A stretch of DNA of 64,000 nt from NCBI GenBank assembly GCA_964016885.1, contig OZ024747.1:19716001-19780000 (forward strand), given 5' to 3'. The position numbers and the translations under genes are program-made. Of this stretch, positions 1 through 14,227 are shown one piece after another; within the stretch, counting starts at the first letter, position 1; the number at the start of each line of letters is the position of its first letter. Source of the stretch: Eledone cirrhosa (taxonomy: Eukaryota). The notes below the pieces were generated by a model that saw nothing but the letters and a program-made list of their open reading frames with translations, searched no databases and was not told the origin of the DNA.

Positions 1-55
1 GCATTCTAATAAATATTGCCTGTATCAAAGTGTTTATACATGTTTTGGGCACACC

Positions 56-90
<35 letters not shown>

Positions 91-833
91 ACACCCACAT
101 TTATATGGGAGATGCTTTCCGCATATACCCTTTATATTGTATTGCAATTCAATCGAATGCAGACATTTAGTGGCGATTCGACGCTCATAAGGATGTGTCC
201 ATGTATGCAGGTTTGTGAAATAGTGCATCTTTTACAAATTGAAATTTCCTGGATTGACTCTTCTACACGTGATATAAATTTTATCGTAATGGTTACTTCA
301 CTTAACCTGTTAATACACACGCCATTTCAGCTCATACTAGAATAACAAGAATCCCTGTAACAGCTGATATTTGCAGCATATCATAAACTATACAGATTAT
401 CAATGTTTCCCAATAGAATAACTGAAGTGATTAAAATCTAACAAATTATATATATCTGAAGATATATGATGAGTTAATATTACATTTTGAAATAACATAA
501 TTATCTCTCGTGTTTGTCAAGTATTATCACATCAGTCCTATTGTCTTGTCATATTTAATTAACGGATATAATAGCCCAGTAGGATTTTCATATTTCACCT
601 TTACTCATAGATCGTGATTTCAGAGTAAAATAAAAGATAATTATGAACATTCCATATAATACTTTACTCTATATATCCTCGTGAGAATATCCTTTTGCGG
701 GCATGCAGTTTATGATCATTTATATGTCTACCTATCTATCTATATCTATATCTATCTACTTACATACCTATCTATATATTTATCTATCTATCTACCTATC
801 TGTCTATTTACCTGTCCGTAGCTCTCTTTCTAA

Positions 834-877
<44 letters not shown>

Positions 878-937
878 TTATATAAATATTTGTGTGTGTA
901 TGTGTTGTTCTACATGAGAGGTGTCCTGTCAATAAAT

Positions 938-990
<53 letters not shown>

Positions 991-1600
991 CGCAATACAC
1001 ACACACACACATATATATATATATATGCGTGTGCGTGCGTGTGTGTGTGTGTGTGTATTGCGTCATATGTGTATGGGCGTCGACAGAATTTGAACACAGG
1101 ATGCAAGGAAATAAATCATATATCACAATCCATGATCTCCAGTACTCTAAAACTCCCTCCACTACCAAGACTGAGACAGGGTTATTATTTCTCGGTGCCT
1201 AAAGTAGAAACAATTATTTCTCGACTATAAAAGAATGAAAGGCAAAATTGACCAGGGCAAAATTTGATCTGAGAAAGCAACGTGACATAATAAATGATGC
1301 AAATCATTTCGTCAAATGCTCTAATGCCTCTGAGAATTCATCACATTTGTCAATTACACCTTCAATAACATTATGTAAACGCTGCGATTCAACATACGTT
1401 CTAAGTACATATTGAACTGAACAAACAATTGTATACTATCAGATGGGGATATTATTATGCATATTCATTTGAGTGTGTGCTTAGTATCCCATATAAGTCT
1501 CATTTACTGTTTTACTCCAGCTTTGTATAGTTTATTCGTATATATAAATATATATAAGCACACCCATACACAAACACACCTACATGCATACACACACATA

Positions 1601-1647
<47 letters not shown>

Positions 1648-1648
1648 C

Positions 1649-1777
<129 letters not shown>

Positions 1778-2920
1778 AACGAGTAGGACCCAGACAGCTG
1801 AGCCCAAGCCGTTTCGACGGCTAATTCTGGACTAAATGAACATTTTTATCCTGGTATTTGAATAGCCGAGCTTCTCAAGGGGTAATTCCATATATGGTAA
1901 AAGTGATTGTCACAAGGATTGGTCAAAAGTTTGTTGTTGAGACATAATAATTCTATGATGGCAATTTGTGGAGGGAAGGGGGAGCTGAACCTGCCAGTAG
2001 GAGAAAGAGGGAGAGGGGGTGGAGGAGACCCATTCATGCGTTGATAGTGCCGACTACAGCTGGGCATGAGGGCAAAGAAGATACTAGGGATGGGGAGGGG
2101 GAGGAAGTCGAAACAATAAGTAGAACAATATGGGTAAATATATAGAAAAATACCGAATGTTAAAAAGCAATTAAATGTAAAAAAAATAAACAATTTCTGG
2201 TTACTACGACCTAAGTCTCTCACTGGTATTGCTAGGCTAAAGAAAGGTATACTAGGTGGGACGGAATTATAATGAGACCCTTTTAAGAGGTATAAGTAAT
2301 AAACCGAGTATTTCTTACGGTGACGGGTCAACAAGTGAGGGGCCAAAATACTAAAGAAACTACCACGAAATAATAAATAAAGGTTTCTACCCCAGGCACA
2401 AGGCCAGCAACCACCCAGTGCAAAAAAGTAAACTAATACGAAATAATAAATCAGAGTCCCGAAAAAGAATACTAATACTATCTCTAAGGGTGCCGCCACG
2501 ATACAAAAGTTCTAGTGCAAGCTACATAAAAGCTCGTACGAAGTATATGTAAAATTTGATACGGAAAATTAATTCAGAAAAAAAAAATATACTGGTATAC
2601 GAGAAATTAAAGCAAAGATACCACTAAGAAATATACAAAGCACGGAAAAGGGGCAGCGGTCGGATAAGAGGGCAAGTATCCGGGGTCTAACACATCTGCT
2701 ATAAAAGCCGTCCAGAATTAGACGTCGAAACGGCTTGAGCTCAGACGTCGGGGTCCTACTCGTTCCTATATATATATAACGAAGGAAATGTGGTAAGGAA
2801 CCAGGTGGACCATAACGCACCAAAGTACTCAATACTTAGGGTAGTTCTGGACGCCAGAATTAGCCGTCCAGAATTAGCCGTCGAAACGGCTTGAGCTCAG
2901 CCGTCGGGGTCCTACTCGTT

Positions 2921-2982
<62 letters not shown>

Positions 2983-3002
2983 GACATATATATATATATA
3001 AT

Positions 3003-3568
3003 ATTAATAATATTAAGGATACTATTTATAGTTATGTATATACTATACTATATAAAACTATAAACAGGTAAGGTCAGTAATTTATTACTACCTTATTACC
3101 TGTAAGATAAATAGCTCAATGTAAGAACATCATTTGTTATACAGAGCAGTAATATAGAATACACAAGAATCAAAGCTATGTTAGAACATTTAATTACAGA
3201 CAATTGTTTCTTCCAAGCCTAGGCTTGGAGTCTTCAGAGCATTATTAATAATGTTTGTACATATAATCAGCCTCCTATTCTGCTGAAGAATCATACAGAT
3301 ATATATATATTGTGGACAACAGTGTGGGATGGATGCGACATATATTATGTTATACTATAATTGTACAATAAGATTCAAAATTAAAATTAAAAGTAAAAGC
3401 TTTATCCCACACTGTTGTCCACAATATGTATCTGTATGATTCTTCAGCGGAATAGGAGGCTGATTATATGTACAAACATTATTAATAATGCTCTGAAGAA
3501 CCCAAGCCTAGGCTTGGAAGAAACAATTGCCAGCAATTAAATGTTCTAACATAGCTTTGATTCTTGTG

Positions 3569-3573
<5 letters not shown>
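3003..3573. mobile_element. Inverted-repeat remnant with hammerhead motifs (3195-3243 -, 3489-3535 +)
   Basis: Arms ~3157-3330 and ~3404-3573; UGCU-CUGAAGA-..CCAAGCCUAGGCUUGG..-GAAAC AAUU GUC/GCC; related motif at 27187-27235. Confidence 0.75.
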
Positions 3574-3652
<79 letters not shown>

Positions 3653-3653
3653 A

Positions 3654-3705
<52 letters not shown>

Positions 3706-4070
3706 GTTACGTAATAAACAACATAAGATAATTATTTCATTTACCAGTGTAATTATCTAATTAACTAATAAGCTCTGTAGCCTACACAGAGCACTCTTTT
3801 TTCCTGTACCTTTCCGACGGAAATACTTCATTTATATATATATATATATACATGTGTGTGTGTGTGTGTGTGTGTGTGCATGTGTGTGTTTATCTACGTA
3901 TGTATATACGAGTATATACGTTTGCGTATGTGTAGGTGTTAGAGAGATATATAAAGACAGAAAGATGAGGGTATGGCTACATATCATTTAAATTTATATT
4001 ATAGTAAACATGTGTTACAAAAAAAGTAACAATTATCACACCAGACATCAAGTAGTATTAATATTTATTA

Positions 4071-4263
4071 AGGGCGGTGGATTGGCCGTATCGGTAGAGG
4101 GTCGGACGCCATGCTTTCCAGCATAGTTACGTCCCTTTACGAGCTGAGTTCAAATCCCGCCGAGGTTGACTTTGCCTTTCATCCTTACGGGGTCAATAAA
4201 ATAAAGTACCAGTAATGCACTGGGTAATTGCTGGCCTTGTGCCTAAAGTAGAAACAATTATTA
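4071..4263 (+). mobile_element. tRNA-derived SINE family 1 (octopus-type), full copy
   Basis: A-box-like TGGCCGTATCGG, B-box GAGTTCAAATCC, conserved GCCTTTCATCCTTACGGGGTC domain, tail GTAGAAACAATTATT; about 20 copies in the window. Confidence 0.85.
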
Positions 4264-5898
4264 TACTGGCAGAATAGGCGACATTGTCCTAGCTAGAAAT
4301 TAGTTAGAAACGTTCTAGAAAGAAGGAATATGTGATTCAATAGATTACTATTTGTTTATTCTTGAAAAGACTGCATTCTAGTAATCTATACGTTTCTGTG
4401 CGTGTCGTATATATCCATATAAATGTCGAAACCTTTTACTGATATATCCTAAGCTTAAGTTTATGGGGTCGACACGAATAATACTTTAAAAGTGGTGGAA
4501 TAATACTTTAAAAGTGGTAGTCCACAATACCGTAGCAATAAGCAAACACATAAACAGGCTATAAATGACAGTAATATTACAGTTGTTTCGACAGACCAAA
4601 ACACATTTCACACTCCTGAAACATTAATAAGCCCGTACACCACATATTCCTATTTCCTCTTGCCTATCTATATTAACACATAATAGCGTATATAGAGTAA
4701 TTTCATTATCGTAGCATGTATCATATCTTGATTCATAAATGTTGATTCTGTTGTCCAAGCAGGAGTACTGTCGACTTTTGCATGAGTATATGTAATACAT
4801 ATTCCCGATCGTTTGTTGCATTCTGATCTCTAGTGTATTCTGCTAGAGACACCGCTATAACATGAATATTATACGACATAATATAACCCTGTAAAAGCCA
4901 TGCGGCTAATTTATGTGTCATGCATATAAAAGATCACCGATTGAAATGGAAGGAAAAATTGAATTAATAAACATGGAACTAATATTAAACATAATTATAT
5001 CCCGTTTATTGAAATAATATAATTCTTAAAAGACTTGTAAAAATTATTGGTTACGTAGTGATAGAAAGTGAACAATCATTGGGTATAAATTAATTCTTGT
5101 AGCTAGTGGAAACTGAAGAACCCAGCTGTAAAATAGACATCAAGATATTGCAACAGACCTGGTGTAATACTTGAAATAGTAAGGTTATTTATTACATAAC
5201 GAATTTCAATGAGATATGATTTCTAAGAACCATAATATTAGGAGTTCTTAACACTTTCCTGATGCACAATGGGTCTGTGGATACAGTCGGTATAAAATTA
5301 AATTGATTCACCTTGGTATTCCTCCTCATCTATATCTGCTGCCTTTGTGGTAGCTTGCATTTCGCAACAGACGACAATGTAAATTTGGAATATACTTTGG
5401 TGATTTTTTCATTGAGACCACATTACATTTGAAAGAGAAGAAAACACTATTTAATCTAATATATATTTAGATTATTGTTTCAGCTATTCACACTGATAAC
5501 GTAAAATATAAATCTGTAACAATGTTTCCATGAAATAAACAAATTAGAGAGCTCCGAAAGCCTGGATCGATTCAAGCTAAAGGAGCTATTTCTTTGTTTG
5601 CATCTCATTATGTTTATCCATACTTGACACACGTCACGTGTGAATAAAAATAATGATGAAATATTGATACTTCCTGCTCCTTATTACTACTATTATATAT
5701 GTATGTGTGTATGTATGTATGTATGCATGTATGTATGTATGTATGTATGTATGTATGTATGTATGTATGTATGTATGTATGTATGTATATAATTATATAT
5801 AAAGGTTTACATATATATAATGTCATAGATATATATGTGTTTTGCAACGCGTCACGTTGTAGCTCAATGAAGAATTAATAAATTAAATAATCAGAGCT

Positions 5899-6710
<812 letters not shown>

Positions 6711-6792
6711 ACATATATATATATAGTTTTAATATAGATGAGATTCTACAGGACTAGAACTGTTTCATTCATTAGAAATCATCAGGAATCAT

Positions 6793-6841
6793 GATTCCTG
6801 ATGATTTCTAATGAATGAAACAGTTCTAGTCCTGTAGAATC
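6793..6841 (+). ncRNA. Hammerhead ribozyme (mirror copy on - strand at 6742-6790)
   Basis: GAUUC-CUGAUGA-UUUC UAAU GAAU-GAAACAG UUCUAGUC CUGUA-GAAUC, inside a perfect palindrome 6725-6858. Confidence 0.8.
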
Positions 6842-6924
6842 TCATCTATATTAAAACTGTTATACTCTGCTATGTATTGAGTACCTTACTTACTGTGGTT
6901 ACCTCCGATTCAACCCGGAATAAC

Positions 6925-6965
<41 letters not shown>

Positions 6966-7013
6966 TATACATATATGTATACATATATATATGTACATCT
7001 ATATATATACATC

Positions 7014-7131
<118 letters not shown>

Positions 7132-7465
7132 TATAAAAAGAAGAAGTGTAATTCAACAGTTTAAAATTAATTTCGTTTATTCATATTTGCTGTAATATAT
7201 ATTTCAGTGGTAATCCTTATTTAACAGCTATGACCTCATCAGGCAGCTAGAGCTTGAACAGAAGAAAAACAGAAAAACATAATGGTAGAACAACGTTTAC
7301 TTCTGATATTTCGGTCCTTTGATATATCCAGTTCCTAAGTGTGGTATTGTTTTCTCAAAGAACTGATATATTATATATATATATATATATACATACCCGT
7401 CCCATATATACACATACACACACACACAAATACACACTCACGCACACACACACTCACACCCACAC

Positions 7466-7558
<93 letters not shown>

Positions 7559-7559
<1 letters not shown>

Positions 7560-9131
7560 GATATTAAACAAATGGAAACTACTTTTATAAAACCATATTT
7601 ATTTCATTATATATATTTCAGGGATATCATATTAAAAATATGGTATGCCCTCTTCAGACAAAATACAATATATAAACAGTTTTATAAATAAATTTGACAT
7701 ACCTTAAACTTTACAACTTCCATTTAAAAAGTTGCTTTGGTAGTGAAAATGTTAAGGACAGTTAGAAAGAAAGACGAAGAGAAAAAGAAAGAAAGTGTAT
7801 AGTGCTAAGGACAGTTAGAGAGGAAGACGAAGAAAATGAAGAAATGTATGTAAAGAAAAACAACAGAGCGAGATAGAGAGAGAGATATGGGAGAGAGAAA
7901 TATGATAGGCAGCTTGGGCACAGATGAATAGCGTACAAATGAGAGATTTAGGAGGGAAGGGGGTATTGTAATTATATATTTATTTATTTATTTATTTAGT
8001 TATAGTGTTAAGGATACGGAGAGAAATAAAAATAAAAATAAAAATAAATAAAGAGAGGTAGAGAGAGATATAGGTGGTGGAAGAAAAGAGGTAGATCGAG
8101 TAATATGTATTATACGAGGTGGGAGAGATAGGGGAGGGGTGAGATACAGGAGGTAGAGTTAAATCAGCCGATACATAAGTCCCGTCAAGTGTAGAGGGAG
8201 GAGGAGAAGAGATATATTCTGAAAGAAAAATGATAGATTTAAAATATTATGTTTTATCAGTTTATCAATTCATATGAATTAGGTATTATAATGTAAATAT
8301 CAATATTCATGAATGAGACACATGATAATGTGTGAAAAAATAATGACTATATGTTTAGTTTAAAAATTCTTAGGTTTATAATCAAAATCTGAGATAAAAC
8401 TTCAAAAAACTACTGAAATACATAAGTATATATGTATTTTCATGAAAAAAGAAAAAGAGAAAAGAGAAAGAAAAAAGAGAAGGTTATCTCAAATTCAAGT
8501 TGACATTATAAACACACATGTGAGTTTACGTGATCAGCTCTGTAAATTCTTATTTCACATGAAAATCTTCATTGCGTTACAAAAGATTCTACCATACATA
8601 TATGTACATACATATATATATACATAAAATATACATTATTAATAATAATATTCTTACCCTCTCTTACATGATTATCGTTCAAGCATAGAATAGACAACAG
8701 ATATCAATATATTAAAAACGCCAAGAATATTTCACTCCCCAGAGTATCTAGGGCCGTAAGAAAACACAGTGTGCCCCGCATATCAACCACAGAAATCAAC
8801 CCTTCCAATTTATTTGACAATATATTGCCAAGTTCATTAGAAGCAATCAGAATCAAAAGCAAACAAAACCAAAATTATTCAACAAAACTTATTTAGCAGA
8901 AATCATTCAAAAAATTTAGGATACCCAGTTGTTCTACAGATGCTCTTATATTTATTATAGAAGTTTATCTAGCTTAAAATGTATTCAAAAGATTGGGAGC
9001 ATCACCATTTTAAGGTAGTTTAATTACATCATTAATTATATACTCATGAAGAAGGTTTAAAAAATTGAAGGAATCGAAAGATTTATCGCCAAGTTTCATA
9101 AATAAATAATTAAATATCTTAAGTAAATATA
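7559..9131 (-). mobile_element. Probable long 3' UTR/pLTR of the Penelope-like element at 9132-10055
   Basis: Continuous with the ORF stop; ends at a (TA)n tract just after a same-strand hammerhead (7600-7665); the terminal part is homologous to 34381-34500. Confidence 0.5.
7600..7665 (-). ncRNA. Hammerhead ribozyme with long stem II
   Basis: UAUUUUGU-CUGAAGA-GGG..CAUAUU UUU AAUAUG..CCCU-GAAAU AUAU AUA-AUGAAAUA. Confidence 0.7.
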
Positions 9132-10055
9132 CTACATTTTAAATTTATATTTATATTTAAATGTTGAGTTCAATCTATGTCTGCAGCAACTGAATAAATT
9201 GATCCGTAGATTAAGGGAATTTTTAGATTTTAGTATAAAGAATATCTCCTCCGCGCAGAGGTCACATGTCTCAGAAGAGGAATTAAAAGGAATCCCTCTT
9301 GAGATTATATTCCAAACCATCGAATATCCAACGTTATCATGTTTAAGTTGCCAGAGTAAGCCTGATAGTGAAGTTGAAGATTTTTTGTTTGGGTCCGTCA
9401 AAGAATTCTTGTGATTATTATAGCGAAGTTTAAATTCTGTCGAGGTGGAACCAACATAATTAAAAGAATTTAAGTCAGTTTTAACATTACAGTTGTATAT
9501 TATATTTTTAACTAAGCAATTGTTATTTAACGGACATTTAGATCTATATCTACAGTTACAGTTGTTTACTTGAATATTGTTTAGGCTATTATCGGTATTT
9601 TGGCTAGGTTTTAGATTCCTATTATTTATTCTATTAATATTTTGTGCTAAATTTTTGGTGGACGAGTAGGTTAATTTTATAGTATGTCTATTGAAAATTG
9701 AGTGATACTTATGTGTTCTAGGGAAGCGTTTGTCAAGAGCATTAAAGAATAGTTTAGCGATGTGGGTTTTAATGTTTAGTGAAAAAAAAGGGGGGGGGGC
9801 AAACCATATTATATTTCTAGTTCTATTTCTTTTCTGGTTTTTGGAATTATTGTAATGCTTTCTATTATAGTTGTTAAAGTTGTTACCGTAATTAAAATTG
9901 TTGTTATTTTGGTTAGTTTGTCTATTATTATCGATGTACATAATTTTATCACTATATCCTGCTCTAGCTAATGCTTCATTGTAATACTGGGCTTTTTGGT
10001 CGAAAATATTTTTATTAGATGAGATTCTAGAGATACGTTTTTGAACAGAGTTCAC
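9132..10055 (-). mobile_element. Penelope-like retroelement (Naiad-type), 5'-truncated ORF: RT thumb, Cys-rich linker and GIY-YIG endonuclease
   Basis: 307-aa frame with KRISRISS..YNEAL..AGY, IIWFAPP, IFNRHTIKLTYS, linker CNCRYRSKCPLNNNC, IIYNC..YVGST..FKLRYNNH (GIY-YIG), CDLC and CCRH; 5' end truncated at a (TA)n tract. Confidence 0.9.
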
Positions 10056-10102
10056 TATAGTTCACATATATATATATATATATATATTTTAAATAAAACT
10101 TT

Positions 10103-10141
<39 letters not shown>

Positions 10142-10149
<8 letters not shown>

Positions 10150-10733
10150 ATACTTTGGGAGGGACATGTTGCCAATAAGAAACACACGTACCAGTTGCTT
10201 TCACTTCAAATTATTATAATAAATTAATAAATTTAGGAATTTATAAATTTTCGGTTGGTTGGTTCTACAACCGGATGATTGTTTATATATTGTCAAAGTT
10301 CTTTCGTCACACATTCTGTGACCTCTTCAGTGACTGGGGATTCTTTTCTTTGTTGTTGTGCCTCTCCTTTGTTCTGTCCTACGCCATCTTGGATTTTGTG
10401 TGTCAAAAAAAGATGGCGTAGGACAGAACAAAGGAGAGGCACTAAAACAAAGAAAAGGCACAAAAAAAAGAAAAGAATCCCCAGTCACTGAAGAGGTCAC
10501 ATAATGTGTGACGAAAGAACTTTGATAATATATAAACAATCATCCGGTTGTGGAACCAACCAACCGGAAATTTATAAATTCCTAAATTTATTAATTTATT
10601 ATAATAAATTGAAGTGAAAGCAACTGGTGCGTGTGTTTCTTATTGGCAACATGAAACTCTCAAAGTATAACAATATCGGTTTCAACACACGTTTTCAGAT
10701 AAAGAATCTTGCTAAACAAATTCAGAACCGAAA
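10142..10733. mobile_element. Long inverted-repeat Penelope-type remnant with two hammerheads (10292-10334 -, 10484-10526 +)
   Basis: Arms ~10142-10400 and ~10410-10676; GUCA-CUGAAGA-G GUCACA..UGUGAC-GAAAG AA CUU-UGAC; related pieces at 27665-28000 and 44419-44486. Confidence 0.8.
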
Positions 10734-10792
10734 TATATATATATATAGTGACGAAACTTAAGTCAATTGCATGAACTCATAATCCTTTATTT

Positions 10793-10845
10793 ACTGCTAT
10801 AATTTCGATGATAGCCATTGAATGGCTATGACCTCATCCGGCAGT
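10793..10845 (-). ncRNA. Hammerhead-like motif with mutated core (related motif at 7189-7248)
   Basis: ACUGC-CGGAUGA-GGUC AUAGCCAUU..AAUGGCUAU CAUC-GAAAU U AUA-GCAGU; the 7189 copy keeps CUGAUGA GGUCAUAGC. Confidence 0.6.
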
Positions 10846-11105
10846 TAATCAGTTCTTAGATATGCCAGCTCTGTGTTTATAGTCTTGATGGTATCAGAGC
10901 CTTGGGACATATGAGCTTGTTAGGAATAATTTAATGTTGTCAGCAGGAATAGTCTTGATTCTCATTGGTCAGTTTGTAGATGGTAGTAGGGTTGGTATTT
11001 GACCTCAAAGAGGCATGTGGTGTTGTAAAGTTCAAACCGTCAGGCAAGATGACAATAGTTCCATATGACTGATTTTCACAAAAATATATACATATATATA
11101 TATAA

Positions 11106-11205
<100 letters not shown>

Positions 11206-11793
11206 TTTAGAGTCTGAAAAGTAAGATATAGGAGACTGACATAAGTCGAAAACATCAAAACAGAAACATTTTAAGAAACTCAAGTTAAAGTGAAGAATTG
11301 AAAACAACAATAATAACCACAATAACAATAACTAGTATAGAAGATAAAGCATGACAAATAATATCAAAGTAACAAAAAAATTGGTTCAAAATAAGTTTAA
11401 AAGAATTGCAGATATATTGGAAGAAACATCAGTTAGAATCTATGAGAAGAGACGAAATAATAATAATGAAAAAAGAATGGGAATTATTTTCAAGTAAAAG
11501 AAACACATATGCTACGAGAAAAAGAAAAAAATATATACGTCTCATACTGGAAAGAGAAATAAATGAAAGTGAAATATGGAACATGTAAACAACACCAAGA
11601 AATATGATCATTGTAAATAATGAGAAAAATGTATAAAAGAACATTATATGAAAAACAATTCAATTATATAGGAAAGAATATATAAATTAAATACATGAAT
11701 TGGAATAACAAAATAAAAAGGCAAAAAACTAACACGAAAATTATAATTTAAAAAAGTATGTTTTTGAAGAAATGGGACAAACATTGAATAACG

Positions 11794-11945
<152 letters not shown>

Positions 11946-12283
11946 ATATATATATATATATATACAAGCAGTACCAAAAACATAACAAACAAGGGAGCTA
12001 ACAGAAAATGAAAAAGAATATGAATGAAATATTTCTGCTTAATTTATTTGTATTGCAGTAACTAAGATTATTATTTACAACTACCGTAACACATACGTAT
12101 CATATACGCATACAAGCGCGCGTACACATTCACACACATGCACACATACATACACATAAACACACGTATATATATAATGCATATATATATACTCACACAC
12201 ACATGTGTGCATGCATATATATATATAATTATATATATATATATACACACGCACATATATATATACATATTTTATATATGCAT

Positions 12284-12335
<52 letters not shown>

Positions 12336-12374
12336 AAAGGGGAGATAGATAGATAAATTTGTTCGTACACATAA

Positions 12375-12499
<125 letters not shown>

Positions 12500-12500
12500 A

Positions 12501-12597
<97 letters not shown>

Positions 12598-12602
12598 ATC
12601 TA

Positions 12603-12667
<65 letters not shown>

Positions 12668-12740
12668 CGTTATTCAATGTTTGTCCCTTTTATCAAAAAC
12701 ATACTTTTTAAAATGATATATGTATATATATATATATATA

Positions 12741-12978
12741 GTAATAATAATAAATTTGAAGACTAAAATCCAAAGAGGGCTCGATAAGGATAATATATAT
12801 CAAATATATAAGAACCGTAGAGCAAATATTTATTAAAATAACAGATTAAAGTTTAAGCAAAGAATCGCTGCTTTCACCCTTAACGGGATCTTCTGAAACT
12901 CAGAGTTTCAGAAGATCCCGTTAAGGGTGAAAGCAGCGATTCTTTGCTTAAACTTTAATCTGTTATTTTAATAAATAT
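12741..12978. mobile_element. Palindromic remnant with variant hammerheads (12851-12899 -, 12905-12953 +)
   Basis: Palindrome 12826-12978; GUUU-CAGAAGA-UCCC GUUAA GGGU-GAAAGCA..UGCUU-AAAC; further copies at 28133-28290, 33234-33450, 54100-54360. Confidence 0.75.
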
Positions 12979-13000
12979 ATATATATAATATACTCACTGT

Positions 13001-13053
13001 ATTACGTATGCAAGACTAATATACATTTCATATTTGCTGTGAATATTTCTTTA

Positions 13054-13097
<44 letters not shown>

Positions 13098-13177
13098 TAC
13101 ATACATATATAAATAAACATTCACAGCAAATATGAAATGTATATTTCATATTTGCTGTGAATGTTTCTTTATATATG

Positions 13178-13247
<70 letters not shown>

Positions 13248-13310
13248 CATACATATATAAAGAAACATTCACAGCAAATATGAAATGTATATTAGTCTTG
13301 CATACGTAAT
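13001..13310. repeat. Nested short inverted repeats interleaved with (TA)n
   Basis: ATTTCATATTTGCTGTGAAT and its reverse complement alternate four times. Confidence 0.8.
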
Positions 13311-13542
13311 AAATTGAGTGAGGCAAAATATTTGAGTGTGCTATTTTCTGCTCCATTTGAAGACATATCAGTCCTTTTGTAGGGCGTTCAAATCTTAAAA
13401 GATAACACAAAGGAAATAACGACTACAAGATCTGTAGATTCAAATATTTGAAAATTATATAAATTATTTTGGGAGTGGATCTGTATCTCAAAAATATGCG
13501 GAAAAGTCCCTTTACAGAGTAGGAGCATATATTATTACAATT

Positions 13543-13732
13543 AGGGCGGTGATTTGGCAGTATCAGTAGAGTTTAGGGCTTGCTTTCCAGCATAGTTACA
13601 TCCCTTTACAATCTGAGTTCAAATCCCGATGATGTTAACTTTGTCTTTCATCCTTACGGGATCGATGAAATAAAGTACCAGTAATGCACTGGGTTAATTG
13701 TTGGCCTTGTGCCAAAAGTAGAAACAATTATT
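13543..13732 (+). mobile_element. SINE family 1 copy
   Basis: Homologous to 4071-4263. Confidence 0.85.
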
Positions 13733-14183
13733 AAAATTTTGCAAATTTTTAATATATAAATATATTGTTACATATAAAATGGAAGAATGTGTAAAGTTAA
13801 AAACGAGACACTGAAGTATATCTTCAAGTTGATGTCCACCTTTGTCAGATGAAATGACGATAAAGTAACGAAAGAAAGAGTAATAAGTGGATGAGTAGCT
13901 GAACGAGAACAACAAGCAAATTAGAAGATAAAAATATAAAAGTATATCGAGAGAAAGTGATGGAATAGAAGCAGAGGGGCCACGGAAATAACCCTGCAAA
14001 TAATTTGGGTTAATTCATCAATGGAGACAAAGCATATAATAAAAGACATTTATGTTAAGAATTCACTATTTCGCATTCAGGCATTGATATTACAGAAAGT
14101 GACCTCCATTATGCAAGACGTTCATGCTTAATTTAAAAGCGGTTTGACCCTGATGTTATTAGCATGCCTCAGGATTACGGAGT

Positions 14184-14227
<44 letters not shown>

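Noticed and set aside
1846-2499. 217-aa hydrophobic ORF
   Set aside because: Non-ATG start, composition-driven, no domain motifs, and lies inside a repeat-bounded island
4558-4930. FN3-like (SPYTTYSY) and LDLa-like (CKSRQYSC) peptides on opposite strands
   Set aside because: Short, with incomplete motifs and no consistent exon structure; probably chance
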